A stretch of DNA of 64,000 nt. It comes from the human T2T-CHM13v2.0 reference genome, Homo sapiens. How positions within the stretch are numbered: position 1 is the first letter of the stretch; every line of letters begins with the position of its first letter. Of this stretch, positions 42,150-56,995 are shown piece by piece. Made by a program: the position numbers and the translations under genes. A model generated the notes under the pieces. That model had not been told where the DNA came from. It searched no databases and worked only from the letters and a program-made list of their open reading frames with translations. The stretch lies in assembly GCF_009914755.1 (NCBI RefSeq), contig NC_060931.1; one strand, 5' to 3'.

Positions 42150-44769
42150 ATCATACTTAATAGGGAAAAGCTGAAATATTTTCCTCTAAGATCTGGAACA
42201 AGACAAGGATACCCACCTTCATCACTTTTATTCAACATAGTACTGGAAATCCTAGCCAGAGCAATTCAGCAAGAGAAGAGTGTAAATGGCATCCAAATTG
42301 GAAATGAAGAAGTTAAATTGCCCCGTTTGCATATGACATGATCTTACATATTTTTTAAAACCCCTAAAACTCCACCAAAAAGAAAGCCTGTTAGAACAAA
42401 TAAGCTAATCTAGTACATTTGCAGGATACGAAATCAACATAGAAAAATCAGTAGCATTTATACACACTAATAGCAAACTATCTGAAAAATAAATCAAGAA
42501 AACAATTCCGTTTACAATAACTACAAAAAAATAATAAATACTGAGGAATAAATTTAACCAAGGAGATGAAAGATCTCTACACTGAAAACTATAAACATTC
42601 ATGAAAGAAATTGAAGACACAAATAAATAGAAAGATATTACATGCCCAAGAATTGGAATAAGTAATATTGTTAGACTGTTCCTACTACCCAAAGTGATCT
42701 ACAGATTCAATGCAATACCTATCAAAATACCAGTGGCATTCTTCACAGAAATAGAAAAAAAAACTAACATGTGTATGGAACCACAAAAGACCTCAATAGC
42801 CAGAGAAGTCTTAAGAAAAAAGAAAAAAACTGGAAGTGTCACACTATCTATCTGACTTTAAATTAACTAAAAAGCTGTAGTAACCAAAACAGCATGGCAT
42901 TGGCATAAAAGCAGAGACATAAAGCAATGAAACAGACTAGAGAACACAAAAATAAATTCAGACACTTACAGACAAGTGATTTTTGACAAAGGTGTCAAAA
43001 ACACACAATGGAGAAAGGACAGTCCCTTCAATTAAGGGTGCTGGGAAAATTGGATATCCACATACAGAAAAACAAAGCTAGACCATTATCTCTCACCATA
43101 ATCAGAAATCAACTCAAAATGGATTAAATATCTTAATGTAAGACCTGAAACAATAAAAGTGCTAGAAGAAAACATATGGGAAATGCTTTGTGATGTTGGT
43201 GTGGGTGAAAATTTTTTGGATAAGGTCCCAAAAGCACCAGCAACAAAACCAAATATAGACAAATAGAATTACATCAAACTAAAAATCTTCTGTACTGCAA
43301 AGGAAACAATCAATAGAGTGAAAAGACAATAGAGTGAAAAGAATGGGAGAAAATATTTGCAGACTATACATCAGACAAAGGTTAATATCAAGAATATATA
43401 AGAAGCTCAAACAACTCAATGGTTAAAAAAAAAAAAATCCAATTCTCAATGAGCAAAAAACCTGAGTAGATATTTCTCAAAAGAAGATATACAAATGGCC
43501 AACAGGCATATGGAAAAAAATGCTCAACATAACCACAATGAGATATCACCTCACTCTAATTAGAATGGCTATTATCAAAAAGTCAAAAAAATAACAATAG
43601 CTGGCACAGATGTGAAGAAAGAGGAACTCTTATACACTGTTGATGAGAATGTAAATTAGTACAGCCATTATGGAAACCAGTATGGAGTTTTCACACACAC
43701 AAAACAGAACTACCATATGATCCAGCAATCCCACTAATAAGTATTTATCCAAAGAAAATGAAATCAGTATATCAAAATGATGTCTGCCCCCCCATGTTTA
43801 TTGCAACACTACTCACAAATAGCCCAGCTATGGAATCAACCTAAGTGTCCATCAATGGATGGATTTTTTAAAGTGCTATATATACACAATGGAATACTAT
43901 TCAGCCATCCTGTCATTTGCAACAGTATGGATGAATCTGAAGGACATAATGTGTATTAGTCTGTTATCACACTGCTAAAGAAATACCTGAAGCCAGATGA
44001 TTTATAAAGAAAAGAGGCTTAATTGGCTCATGGTTCTGCAAGCTGTACAGGAAACAGCTGGGGAGGTCTCAGGACACTTTCAATCATGGTGGAAGGGGAA
44101 GGAGAAGTAGGTACGTCTTACATGGTGGCAGGAGAGAGAGAGCAAAGGGGGAGGTGCTACACACTTTTAAACACAGACTCCTGAGAACTCACTCAATATA
44201 ATGAGAACAGCCAGAGGGACATCTGCCCCATGCCCCTCCTCCAACAATGGTGATTACAATTCCACATGAGATTTGCATGGGGACACAAATCCAAACCATA
44301 TCGTTATGTTAAGTGAAGTAAGCCAGGAACAGAAAGGTAAATACCTCATGATCTCACTCACATGTAAAAACTAAAGAAGTTGATCTCATAGACGTACAGA
44401 GTAGAATAGTGGTTACCACAGAGGCTAAGGGGACGGGGATTGGGGAGGAGATGAGGGGGGATTGGGGAGGAGATGAGGAAAGATTGGTCAATGGATACAA
44501 AGTTTACAGTAAAATAGGAGAAATAAATGTTGGTGTTGACAACAGAGAGACTCTGGTTGGCAATACTGTATTGTATATTTCAAAATAGCTAGAAGAGAGG
44601 ATTTTGAACGTTCTCACAGCAAAGAAATGATAAATACATGAGGTGATGAATATGTTAAGTACTCTGATTTGATTTTTATACGGTGTATATATGTATTAAA
44701 ACATTGCACTTTACCCCATAAAAATGTACAATTATGTCTCAACTGAAAACAAAATTAAAAAAAAAAAAA
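42150..44769 (+). mobile_element. L1MA (MA4/5-like) 5'-truncated LINE, ORF2 3' half plus 3'UTR, decayed
   Basis: tcctctaagatctggaacaagacaagga (ORF2 reverse-transcriptase region) through the 3'UTR gctagaagagaggattttg and poly-A; many stop codons. Confidence 0.93.
43952..44303 (-). mobile_element. Solo MSTA LTR inserted in the L1
   Basis: tgtattagtctg...ggacacaaatccaaaccatatc; TSD t(a/t)atg. Confidence 0.9.
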
Positions 44770-45207
<438 letters not shown>

Positions 45208-45485
45208 CTTTCCTAGATAATTTGAGACTTCTGCACACCAAACAGGAAAGAAGTAAAGAAAAATACCTATGTGATGCTAATTCTTCAGAGAATTTAGGCC
45301 GGAACAACCAAAGGAAACAAATTTTACATCCTGGGGCAGGGTGATACAGGCAGAAGTAGCGACTAGCACAAAGTCCCTGATGAGAAAATGAATTAAATGC
45401 CCTTATTTTAAGAGGAGAAATCACGGTCCTGGGTAGGGAAGATTATACAGCAAAGCTGGAGCTCCAACCACAATATTTTCACTTA

Positions 45486-45881
<396 letters not shown>

Positions 45882-46169
45882 CTAAAAATGAGATGTAATA
45901 TGTATGGATTATGTGATCTACATAAAATCAAATTTACCTACTTAAATATCTTCAATAATTCCCATGATAAAAGAAAAAGGAACATCCTATAAAAGACAGG
46001 AGCATTAAGAAAATGGAATATCAAAATGTCATGTAGAGGAAGGTCAGTTAGTGATACAGGAAATGTTAATGATATATTCTAAAAAGAGGATTTACAATGA
46101 GTATGTAGTTTGCCTTTGCCTTATGATCCTCCCCAAAAGTTGTTGGTGAGTCTGAGCTATGCAGACTTT

Positions 46170-46710
46170 GGAATGGGGAGGGGTTGCACCCTCCTAGTGC
46201 ATACACCCCAGTGGGGTGTATATGGCGTACGTTCAGGAGGTGAATAGACTCGCATGGAGTGTCATAACCCTTACAGAGTGAGGAGGACATCTATGCTGGG
46301 AGGTGGCCTGATGTTGGATGTGGAAACCCAAGCAGAGTGAGGAGGGCTTTTGCACAGGAATTTTGTCTGGTTCAGGGTGTCAGAGCCTTAGAGGGGCCAG
46401 GAGGATGTCCGTGCAGCTATCTGCCTGTTAAAAAGTATCATATCCCTTGTAGAAAAAGAAAGTTATCTGTGTAAGAAAAAATGGTGACGGTAACAAGACA
46501 TTAGTTACATACAAGAATATTGATAAAATTAGTAAATACATTAAGTGTAATGAGAGCTAGGTTTCTTACTGTCAATGAAAAGAGGTACCAATAGGAAAAG
46601 GGAAAAAGCTAGAATTAATCCTGTAGTGTTAGATAGGAATTGGAGATATCAGTGTTATCTCATGCACTAGATCTACAGATAGGTGAGTAGATTAAAAAAA
46701 TAGATGTATA
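46170..46710 (+). mobile_element. L1MC3-like 3' region
   Basis: Repeated gagtgaggagg subunits; ctaggtttcttactgtc; ggaattggagatatcagtg. Confidence 0.6.
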
Positions 46711-46737
46711 TGTGTACGTGTGTGTGTGTGTGTGTGT
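46710..46737. repeat. (TG)n microsatellite
   Basis: gtgtgtgtgtgtgtgtgtgt. Confidence 0.9.
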
Positions 46738-46799
46738 CGGTTCTCCTCTGTGCTGCCCTCAACCCCTTCCTGTTGATATTCCCTGGCCTCTGGTCTCAG

Positions 46800-48650
46800 C
46801 CCTGAGCACTTCTCACATTAAACAGTCAATGAACAACCAACCTTGAAACTTAGGAGTCCTCCTTGATTCTCCCTTCGCCTAAATCCCTGCATCCAAAAAG
46901 TAAACACATCTTATTTTCTTAAACCATTCCTCAAAACTATTCTGTAGTTGCTAAGTTTGTGTTATGCATTTTTAACCTCAAAACTTTTCCATCTATTCCA
47001 GCCTACCTACTTCTGCATTAATACAAGCCTAAATTACTGCCTCTTTTCCAACCTCCTTGCCTCTAGTTTATTCATTCTGCCATTCATTCATCAAGTATAT
47101 ATTTAACTTATATTACGCATTAGGACAAGACAGCCAGTTCTCGCCCTCATGTAATTTATAGCCTAGTGGTGACTAATAAACTAATTTGATAAATAATCAC
47201 AAAATTAACCTTGTAAGTATAATTGCGATACAGATGCAAAGGAGAACTACAGGAGTTATGAGAAGATATAACCAAGAGAAAAGTTCCAATCTGGAGGATG
47301 AAAAAGTCATCATCAAGAAAGTTGTATTTGGGCATGGTGGCTCACGCCTGTATTCCCAGCACTTTGGGAGGCTGAGGCTGAGGTCGGGAGTTCGAGACCA
47401 GCCTGACAAACATGGAGAAACACCATCTCTACCAAAAATACAAAATTAGCTGGGCATGGTGGCGCATGCCTGTAATCCCAGCTACTTGAGAGGCTGAGGC
47501 AGGAGAATCACTTGAACCCAGGGGTGGAGGTTGCAGTGAGCCCAGATAGAGCCATTGCACTCCAGCCTGGGCAATGAGACTGAAACTCCATCTCAGAAAA
47601 AAAAAAAAAAAAGAAAGAAAGTTGTATTTGAGCTGTGGTCTGAAAACAATAATGGTTTTTAATGGTGGGATGGTTGGGATAGAAGATTCCAAATAATAAA
47701 CACTGCATATGCAAATTCATCAAAGCAAAAAGAAGCAAAGTACATTCTAGAAACCAAAATAAGCCAGCCTAGCTAAAGAACAGTGAGGGAGGGATAGAGA
47801 AGAGGTGGATTTGAGAGATAGCTGGGAGGTAAAATTGACACGAGTTTGGATGCACTGGATCTGGTGTTATCTGGGAGAGGGAGGTATCAAGGATGACTCT
47901 TGAATTGCTGATTTTAGCAACTAGTTAGATGATTATGCTATTTGCTTTGAAAAAGAACTGGAGCGATTCCAGGCTTGCAATGGAGGAGGAGGAGAAAGAA
48001 CATGTTTACTTTCAGTTTCAGGTAGAAAAACTTTTATCTGCCTATGGAACCACTTAGAGGAGACAAATGGAGCTTGGAGGAGACATGTGATAGACGTGTA
48101 AATTTGAGGGCAGCTGTTGAAGATAATAATTTTCGGAGACAGAAGAGTCAAAGAAGCTAAAGGAAGGAAGCCTTTCTAAATGCAGGAAGTGATTAAGTCT
48201 CAATGTCTGCTGACACATCGGAGAAAATAACTAAAATTCATCTATTGGAATTAACCATATGAAGGTCAAATTACTTCAAACTCTTAAACCTACCAGTCAG
48301 TGGGAGGGCTGGTAGTGGGGGGTGCAACCCTCTCATGGGACATCCCTCAATTACTCACCTCCACCACAGGGGACTTATTCACATTATTTCTCACTGCCCC
48401 ACCTACCCATGTTCCCTCAGAAATATTACCTTTACTCAAGCCCTGACTCAAATTTCTCCCCTGAAGAACATTTTTGCCTTGTGTTTTTATTTACAGTGCC
48501 CATCACTTTTAATGTTCATTGTGATTTTTATATATATGTTATCTCTCCCTATAAAAATATTAGCTCTTTGAGGGCAAGGATCATATTTCTGTCATCGTTG
48601 CTTCCACAGTGACTGGCACATGGGATATAAATATGAGTTCAGTTGTACTT
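46800..48650. mobile_element. Cluster of L2 fragments
   Basis: ggagtcctccttgattctcc; cattcattcatcaa; tcaaggatgactc; tttgagggcaagga. Confidence 0.55.
47331..47614 (+). mobile_element. AluSp with a small internal deletion
   Basis: ggtcgggagttcg, catggagaaa; perfect 16-bp TSD aagaaagttgtatttg. Confidence 0.96.
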
Positions 48651-48907
48651 TTTAAATTTTCTATTACTCATGAGTTGCTTTTCAATGAATTTCTCATTAT
48701 CCTGTTTCTCTTTTCATATGCATTTCTGAAAGAGGCTGACAAGATGTTTCCCAGTGAGCTTTGCCAGGTGTCGGCATATTCGTGAAGTCACCATGGATAC
48801 AAGTTCTGTTCCTCAATTTTGTAAGTCAAAAAATCTTAATTTCACTGGTTAATCTAGTGGTGACCAGATTCTAGAAAGTATTCACAACAACTGAGTTTAT
48901 AAAAAAT

Positions 48908-48983
48908 GTATATATATACAGATATATATACACATATGTACACACACACATACACACACACACATACACTCCCCCCCACACAC
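48908..48983. repeat. Compound (TA)/(CA) repeat
   Basis: tatatataca...cacacacaca. Confidence 0.8.
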
Positions 48984-49349
48984 AAATCTGAAGATAGCAT
49001 ACATTCATATGTTAAATATTCCAAATTAAAGAATACTTTGAATGTTTATGAAACATAGAAAAAATAATATACACATTAAAATACTTAGCTTGTCCATGAT
49101 TTTCATATTTGATGTTTTGAAAAAGGGAAAGACAATGATAGAGAAGGCAGAATCCATAGATACTGTGAGAGTCGTGGTAAAGTAGGAAGAACATAGTGCA
49201 TCTGAAATGAAACAAACCAGGGTACCAATTGCAACTATGGTTCTTAAGCAATTTTTTTTATCCTTAAACTGGGAATCACAAAGCCTACCAAATAGAATTA
49301 TTATGAGAATTAACTGACTCGATTTATAAAAAGTTCCAAGCACGCTATA

Positions 49350-49592
49350 TTATATGGGTTGAGGCCTCTGGACTCAAACTGAAACATCGGCTCTTCTGGA
49401 GCCTTCAAATAAGAACTACACCATCAACTCTCCTGGGTCTCTAGCTTGCCAACTGCAAATCTTGGGACTTGTTAGCCCCCATAATAGCAAGAGTCAATTC
49501 CATATATATATGGAATATATAGGATATATATATATGGAATATAGGAGATATATCCTATTGGCTGTGTTTCTCTGGACAACTGACTAATAGAC
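49350..49592 (+). mobile_element. MLT2 (ERVL) LTR 3' part
   Basis: gaactacaccatcaactctcctgggtctctagcttgcc...cctattggctgtgtttctctgga...gactaata. Confidence 0.8.
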
Positions 49593-50917
49593 ATATCTTG
49601 GGAGAATGAAAGAGTTTGATGAGGGTCCTCCTAGTGGCATAGTTAATGATAAAACTCACTGTAGATTATTGTCAATATTTACTATCTCAACCAATGCCTC
49701 CAGATCTCTTAATTGATGTAGCCTGCTAAAAGCATACATTTACTAGAAATATTTAGCAATATTTAGAAATTTTAGTCAGCCATTGAACGTTTTCCAAGGT
49801 ACACAGGTAAACAAATTTCTGATAGCAACACCTATTGCTACTTTTTTCCCTCCCTGACATACCCAGTTGTAACATTTCTTTTTCATATTTGCAGCATTAC
49901 AGTCATAAGGAAATGTTTAATTCATCTCAAAAGTGTTCATTAAAGACACCGTAGAAGCTAAAGCATGTGTTTTTGAAAGGCAGTGATTTTTAAAATGTCT
50001 CCCCACGCACTCTCTCTGCACACATGGGCACGCACACACTTGCACCATCCATAAAATGTTTATATGAGAAAAGGAGCGTATTTTATTTGGAACTAAAATA
50101 TACTAATCATATTTTATTGAAAATATTTTAAATTTTACTTAAAGAGCTTTTGTCAAAATCTGTGCCACACTTTTTTTTTTCCTTAGTTACTGTGGAAATT
50201 TTTTTCTGTAGAAAAAATGTAAGATGCTACCTATGGTTAATTTTTGCACAGTCTTTTGGAATTTTAGTTAACAGATGAGCCACAGTATAAATTTTTTTAC
50301 TACAACAGGGCTCCAAAGGCAATATGGATTTGAGAAAACTACTCAACATTTTTATATATGTTTCAGTCAATAATACAATCTTTATTACAAAATATAATTT
50401 CAAACATGGTAAAAGACAAATTTATAAACTTACTCTTTTTCTCTCCCTTATGTCTAAAGGAAAATAAACATCTTTCCTTGTCCTTGTTAACAGATAATTT
50501 TCACACAATGGTAAAATCATGATGCTCACACAGATATAAAAATAAACAGTTGTTCATTGCTATTTAACTCAATCTTTAAAAACAGGCAGATATTATAACT
50601 GGTTCAAACAAGAACTCATGAACAGATGCATTTATAGATCAGGAATATTGAAGTAAATGTGCAGATGGGTGCAAAACTGTTTTTCCAGAAGTAGGGGAGG
50701 GAAAATTGCAGTCAATTAAACCTCTCTCCAGAAAGGAAAAATTTCATATGCCTGTAGACAATAATTTTTTTTTGCATTATTATCAGTTATCTACATTTAA
50801 CACAGTGGTAAAATAGCTTCCAAAGAATCAGAACCAGATAACCTGAAGAGGTATTCTGTAGGGCCTAACAATCTGTAGTTTTCCACTGAAGCACATATTT
50901 TTCTTTACATTCAAAAA

Positions 50918-51030
50918 TGTGGTGTGTGCCTGCAGTCCCAGCTACTCTGGATGCTGAGGTGGGAAGATGGCTTGAGCTCAGGAGTTTGAGACCAGCCTGG
51001 GCAACATAATGAGACCCAATCTATTAAAAG
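50918..51030 (+). mobile_element. FLAM_A-like Alu monomer
   Basis: gcctgcagtcccagctactc...ggagtttgagaccagcctgggcaacat. Confidence 0.8.
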
Positions 51031-51477
51031 ATAAAAGAAAGCAAACCCTAACCCTGTCTCTACAGCTGTCAATGAGCAAAAATATTGGCATTTAAATGTG
51101 TTTTCATTGTTTGGCCATATACTAACCAAAAATTTCATAGAGCTTCAGAAGGATAACTTAAAGCCTCATTCCTCCAACCCAGCCAGAGAAATATAGCTTT
51201 TAAAAGACTCAGATTAATTCTTTTAAAAGGCCCCAACTGTTCAAAGTTTATGATGGAGTCAGTGGGGCAGACAGGGGTAGCGGATGGAAGCTGGCTGGAG
51301 AGAGAAAGAAGGGAGATGTTGGAAAGAAAGAGGAAAAAGGGAGATGTTGATGCCCTCTATCACTTCTCTGCCTGTCATTACCTAATCCTGTCTCTAAAAA
51401 ATAAAAATAAATGTGGGCTTTGTTATTTAGCACAATCGTATTTATACATGAATCTATTACTTTTATACCCAGTAATC

Positions 51478-51635
51478 TATTTTTTAAACTGTGGTATTTT
51501 AAAATATATGTAACATAATATTTACCATTTCAATCATTGTTAAGTATAAAATTTAGTAGAATTAAGTGCATTAACATTGATGGGTAACCGTTACCCAATC
51601 ATCCATTTTTTTATTCCATACATTTCCAGGACCTT
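51478..51635 (-). mobile_element. L1MB 3' terminus
   Basis: aacataatatttaccatttcaatcatt...attaagtgcattaacattg. Confidence 0.65.
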
Positions 51636-52224
51636 TTTCCAGGGGAAACTGAAATGAAGTAGTAAGAGGAAGAAAACTGTAATACATTTTATATAAAGAA
51701 AGCTTCTCCTTGTCAGCGGATATTTTTCAAAACATCAGTCTATCACTAATACATTGTTATTGGTGACATTTCATATGTTGATTAAAATTTGCCTGAAAAA
51801 TTGGTTTGAACTTGTGAAACACAATAACAGACCTGGGATCTGAGGCTTGTTTGCAAATGTAAGAATCTGTTTGTAAAAGGCCACCTTTCAAAGCATCTCC
51901 AATATGTCTTTTTCCTACTAATATAAAAGGGTGGACTCATTGCTAGACAATAGTAATAAATAATTTGTTTAAAAGCTAAGACTCCATAACAAAGAGAATA
52001 TGTGTGGAGGTCTTTGGCTGTAATGGTGTTTCCTGATTACCTCAGTCCAGTCACATTTAGAACCTGTCATCATGCCTGTGGGGTTTCCTGCCTATGGTTT
52101 TTTCAACATTAATAAATCATTTTACTGATTCATAGGACCTCTTCTCAGCTTGACTCTCTGTTTCCTGATTGGAGCCCACTGCTTCTGAATCTACCTCCAA
52201 TCAGAGTCATATAATCATTAAAAG

Positions 52225-52372
52225 CAACAACAATAATAATAGCTAGCATTAATGACATGCTAGGCCTTTAATTCTCCCAATAACCCCATTGCAAACTTAT
52301 AGATGACATGATTGAGCCTTTGATTGGTTAAATAATTGGCCCAGTCATAAAACTATTAAGTGGTTGAACTTT
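52225..52372 (-). mobile_element. MIR
   Basis: ataatagctagcatt...ttaattctcccaataaccc...ggttaaataattggccc. Confidence 0.55.
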
Positions 52373-54379
52373 AATAGATAGGTAATTCATTCAGGCTTTT
52401 ATTAAATGTTGACAGGCAGTCACGGACTAGATGCTAGAGCACAGAGGTAAAAAGATAAGAACTCAGGCCTTACGTGGCACAGTTGTGCTTAGAGTCAAAT
52501 ATGGTTAATCAGATACCTGATGGATCTGAACTGGAAAAATTATGATTTGAGGAACTTATAAGCAGTTTTTACCCTTTCAGGCGAATAATGAAATATCTTT
52601 AACGAAATTCTTTACTTTTTTCTTAAAAGTGACCTTTTGATGATACCCTGTAGTCAAGAACTGATAAAGCACCTTCCCATAAATTCTTCTTACAAGTCCT
52701 GATCGTTGATAAGTTGTTTTAAAATCAGATGCTTGAATCCACGTATAAATGCAAATTGCATGTGCTCTCAATATTGAGAAAATCTTTTGTACTAAAATTT
52801 GAATTTAGATCAATCTGTAACTGAAGATCATTATTTGTTCTTGAGACATCTATGTGTTTTTGCCCAAGAAGTTCCCAAAAGGCTATATTCGTCTAAATCA
52901 ATAACAGGTTAGACACACAAAACTGACCTTCTCTTCTGCTCATAACACAGTGAAGTTTCCAACAAGGAATTGGACTAGATTTGGAGAAAGGCTACTCAGA
53001 GTAAGTGGTTTTTGTCCTAAGAATAGTGTTATTAAAGGCTGAATAACCTGGGTTTTGGATGTTTAATGTGAACTATTGTGAATGTCTTGATTAGTTCTTG
53101 CTGTTAAGAGCACACTTCCTGGAAGAAAAAGGATAGACTTACACTCAGTCATCCAAGGAATTGGCCTCTGATTGGAAAATGTTTATTCCTCTCTTGGTCC
53201 AAGGGCAGTTGGGCGTAGATGGAAAGGTGTAGAAATGACTGCAGATTCACATGGGTGAAAACTAACCTTCCATCTCTTGAAGCCCACCAGCAATAGATAT
53301 GGACTTTGCAAATAGGGTTTGTCCCGCGGGCTCTAAAACTTCAGGAGGGGTTGCTGATTCTATCCCATACATTCAAGTATTCCCAGGCCTTCAGTAAAAC
53401 TTGGTTAAACTTTGGAGCTTAATTTTAGTTGTACTATGGGGAATAAGGAGCATTGCTTCTTCTACAAGGTTAGAATGGGAATATCTGCAGAGGTACCATC
53501 AGATTTTGGGTGTTCCTGAGGGAAAACAATCATAGATTTTTACGTTTCTTTCATTTGCATATTTCATGACAATAATTTATTTAGGTTTCTTTCATTTGCT
53601 TATTTCATGACAATTATTTATTTTTGTTTTGAAAATGTTTATTATGTTTTTCCCCTAAGCAGACTGTAAACTCGTTGAAAGAAAGAACCATGTGTCTGGT
53701 TTACTGTTGAACACCCATGGCCTAGCACATTGATGAGTACAAGAGAAATGCTCAAAAAATATATTCCTTGAATAAGACAGTTATTGAGAGCAAAGGCAGC
53801 TGTAAGACGACAAGACAAGAAATCACTGGAAGGAAAAGGAGAAACTAAAAGTGAAGTTTGCTTAATTTTGGAATTGAGATGGGTAAATATGCATAGGGAT
53901 TTTGATTACTGAAAACAACCAGAAAAATCAAGTCATAGATCAGTGTAAGTGTGCCTCCATGAGTAAGGGATAATATAGTGCCACTCAATAAATTAAAGGG
54001 GTGGCGGGAATCCCAAAAGTAAGATGTCTTTATGAATTCATTGCCCGAAATGGGTCAGGTCACTGTGTTTGTGGTAAATATGCATATGCATGAGCCTAAT
54101 AAATTTCTTAGTCCTCATATTATATACTTATTCTTAAGGCAAGGACCATGTTAATAATCATAATTAGTAGACAGCATGAACTAGCTGGTTTAAGATAATG
54201 TGTTTTTTTTTTTTAAGGAAGGAACTTAAGAGAGTTTCCACTACCCATGTGAAATAATTACTAAAATTCATTATTCTATTGATCTAAAGAGTGGGATTAT
54301 GACATTTTACAACCCAGTACAAAACCCTCTTAATATTTTCATCAATAATAGATTCAGTCATCAAAAATTTATCATCTGT

Positions 54380-54725
<346 letters not shown>

Positions 54726-56241
54726 TCACATGCTAGCAAGTCATTCCCTATTTTAAAACTATAATGATAAATTCTAATGTGATTGTTTAGCCATTAAATT
54801 TCCTGATTTTAAAAGTATTAATCTAGAATAATGGTTTTTGCTTTGTTTCTTATATTTCTTCCAAAATCTAGACTCTGAGTATTTACAATATGGATTTAGC
54901 TGTCAGTATCTGAGAAGCAGCAGAGAGCAATTGATTTTAAAATTACAAAAACATGAATAAAAATATTAGGTCATATCTATCCAATCTCTAAGCAGTTTTA
55001 CAGAGAATGATAACTATAAAGGAATTAACATCAAGGGCATTGTTCCCTGAGTCTTTAATTCATCTTCATTGTTGGAGGCTGCCTTGTAAACTAAATTGAA
55101 TGCATAGGTGTCTGCTTCTTTAAATCCTGAAGTCAGAGCTGTTCTGCAAATGGCACCTTTATTGTCTTCATTTTAGCTGTTTCCTCTCTCTTATTTTTTT
55201 CTTTTTGTCATGTCTATTTGTTATCTCTCCAGTAATCAATTGTGCCTTCCATGTTCTATAAGTTAAATCAAGAAATATGATTTGGTAGATTACACAAATG
55301 GATTGTTTTGTGAAAAGTAGAAAGCAGGAATTTGCCACCTCCCTTAATAGATTTTTCAGAGAATTTATCCACAGAAGAGCATTTATTTTCTGTGGCTTAA
55401 TCTTCTTAAGGGTACCATCAACATTCTCAATAATTACTATACTTTAGTTCACTTGTTTGATTGCCTTTTGTACACTTTGAGGAAGAACAATACAGCCTGT
55501 TTTCTATTGTGTTTTCCTACAGTAATTCCATATCTGTAGAGTAGGCTCCCAAATATCTTCTTGAATACAAAGGACTCTATTCTTCCATTCAATGTGAAAA
55601 ATTTGTACAAATAACTACCCATACACGTCACTCAAATGTGAGGAATAAATAGCTCCCTTAAAATATCAAACACATCATTTAAACTTACTCCCATCAATGA
55701 TTTTAAATCTGTTGTCACACTTCAAACATTTGAATTGGAAAATTTAAGTAATAATATTATAAAATATTAAAGTCCACAAATTTCCAGAAGACTTGACATA
55801 GTTTCCAAAAATTTTAATTATGACAGAATTTATACCTTTTTAATTGGACTTTAAAATTACTCAGTAGACACCTTATCCCATTTGTGAATTTGTAATCCTG
55901 TCGCAAGAGACAATTGGATTGTGCCCTGAAGAGATATATGGTCAGACACAATTGTATACATTTTTAACACATTGACAATATTATTCTAAATTATCATGCA
56001 TTTATCTGTATTCCACATACTTTTATTTTAGTCAATATGCAATTCAGTACTTATATTTCAAGGATAAAAAATTTGATCATATTTTTCTATATAATTGTTT
56101 AAATAAGTCTGATTAGGTTTATATTTCTATTAGAAAGCATATGTTTGAATAACAGAGCCAATATTATGTTTAATTTTTAATTGTAGGAAGTCATTTGTAG
56201 CCACTAAAGGTTGTTGCAATTTGTCTAAATAGCTGTACTAC

Positions 56242-56550
56242 TTTCTTTCTTTTTTTTTTTTTTTTTTTTTGAGATGAAGTCTCGCTCTGTGGCCCAGGCT
56301 GGAGTGCAGTGGCACGATCTCAGCTCACTGCGGGCTCCGCCCCAGGTTCACGCCATTCTCTGCCTCAGCCTCCTGAGTAGCTAGGACTACAAAGGCCCAC
56401 CACCTCGCCCAGCTAATTTTTTGTATTTTTTTAGTAAAGACAGGGTTTCACTGTGTTAGCCAGGATGGCCTCGATCTCCTGACCTCATGATCCGCCTGCC
56501 TCGGCCTCCCAAACTGCTGAGATTACAGGCGTGAGGCATCTCACCCGGCC
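56242..56550 (-). mobile_element. AluY
   Basis: gttcacgccattctc; tgttagccaggatgg. Confidence 0.96.
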
Positions 56551-56729
56551 TTAACTTTCATTTTAAATCAATTGTAACATCTGCCTGGTTTCCCAATACC
56601 ATGAGTAAAATAAACACTTTATTTAACATATTGTTCATGCTTATATCTGCATGAGAGTCAGAATTTTATGTTTTATCTGAAAATTATTACTAACGGAATT
56701 TTCCAAACCAAGATTATTGTCATAAATTG

Positions 56730-56995
56730 TATTACCCAGAAGCAGATGCTGAGGTGGAGACTGGAGTATAAGATGTTTCTTAGAGAGTAATAGAAAAGTA
56801 AAGAGAGGAAGCAGAACTGGGCTGCAGAACGAGTGGAATTGCAAAGCAGTCCTGACTGCCTCTGCCAGGCCAGTTGTAGCCCATTAAAGAGTCCCATGCT
56901 AGCCGTCTACCTCGCCTGCCTTAGTCATGCGATGTGGGCTTCCCAGAAAAGGCTGTGACCTCAGCCAAGGAAGCTCCCTACCCCTAAGACAAATC
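56730..56995. mobile_element. LTR16-like ERVL LTR
   Basis: gaagcagatgctgaggtggag...aagatgtttcttag...gaggaagcagaactgggc...tgtgacctcagccaagg. Confidence 0.6.

Noticed and set aside
42150-43950. L1 ORF2 as an active reverse transcriptase
   Set aside because: 5'-truncated with many stops and frameshifts; no long + strand ORF in the track
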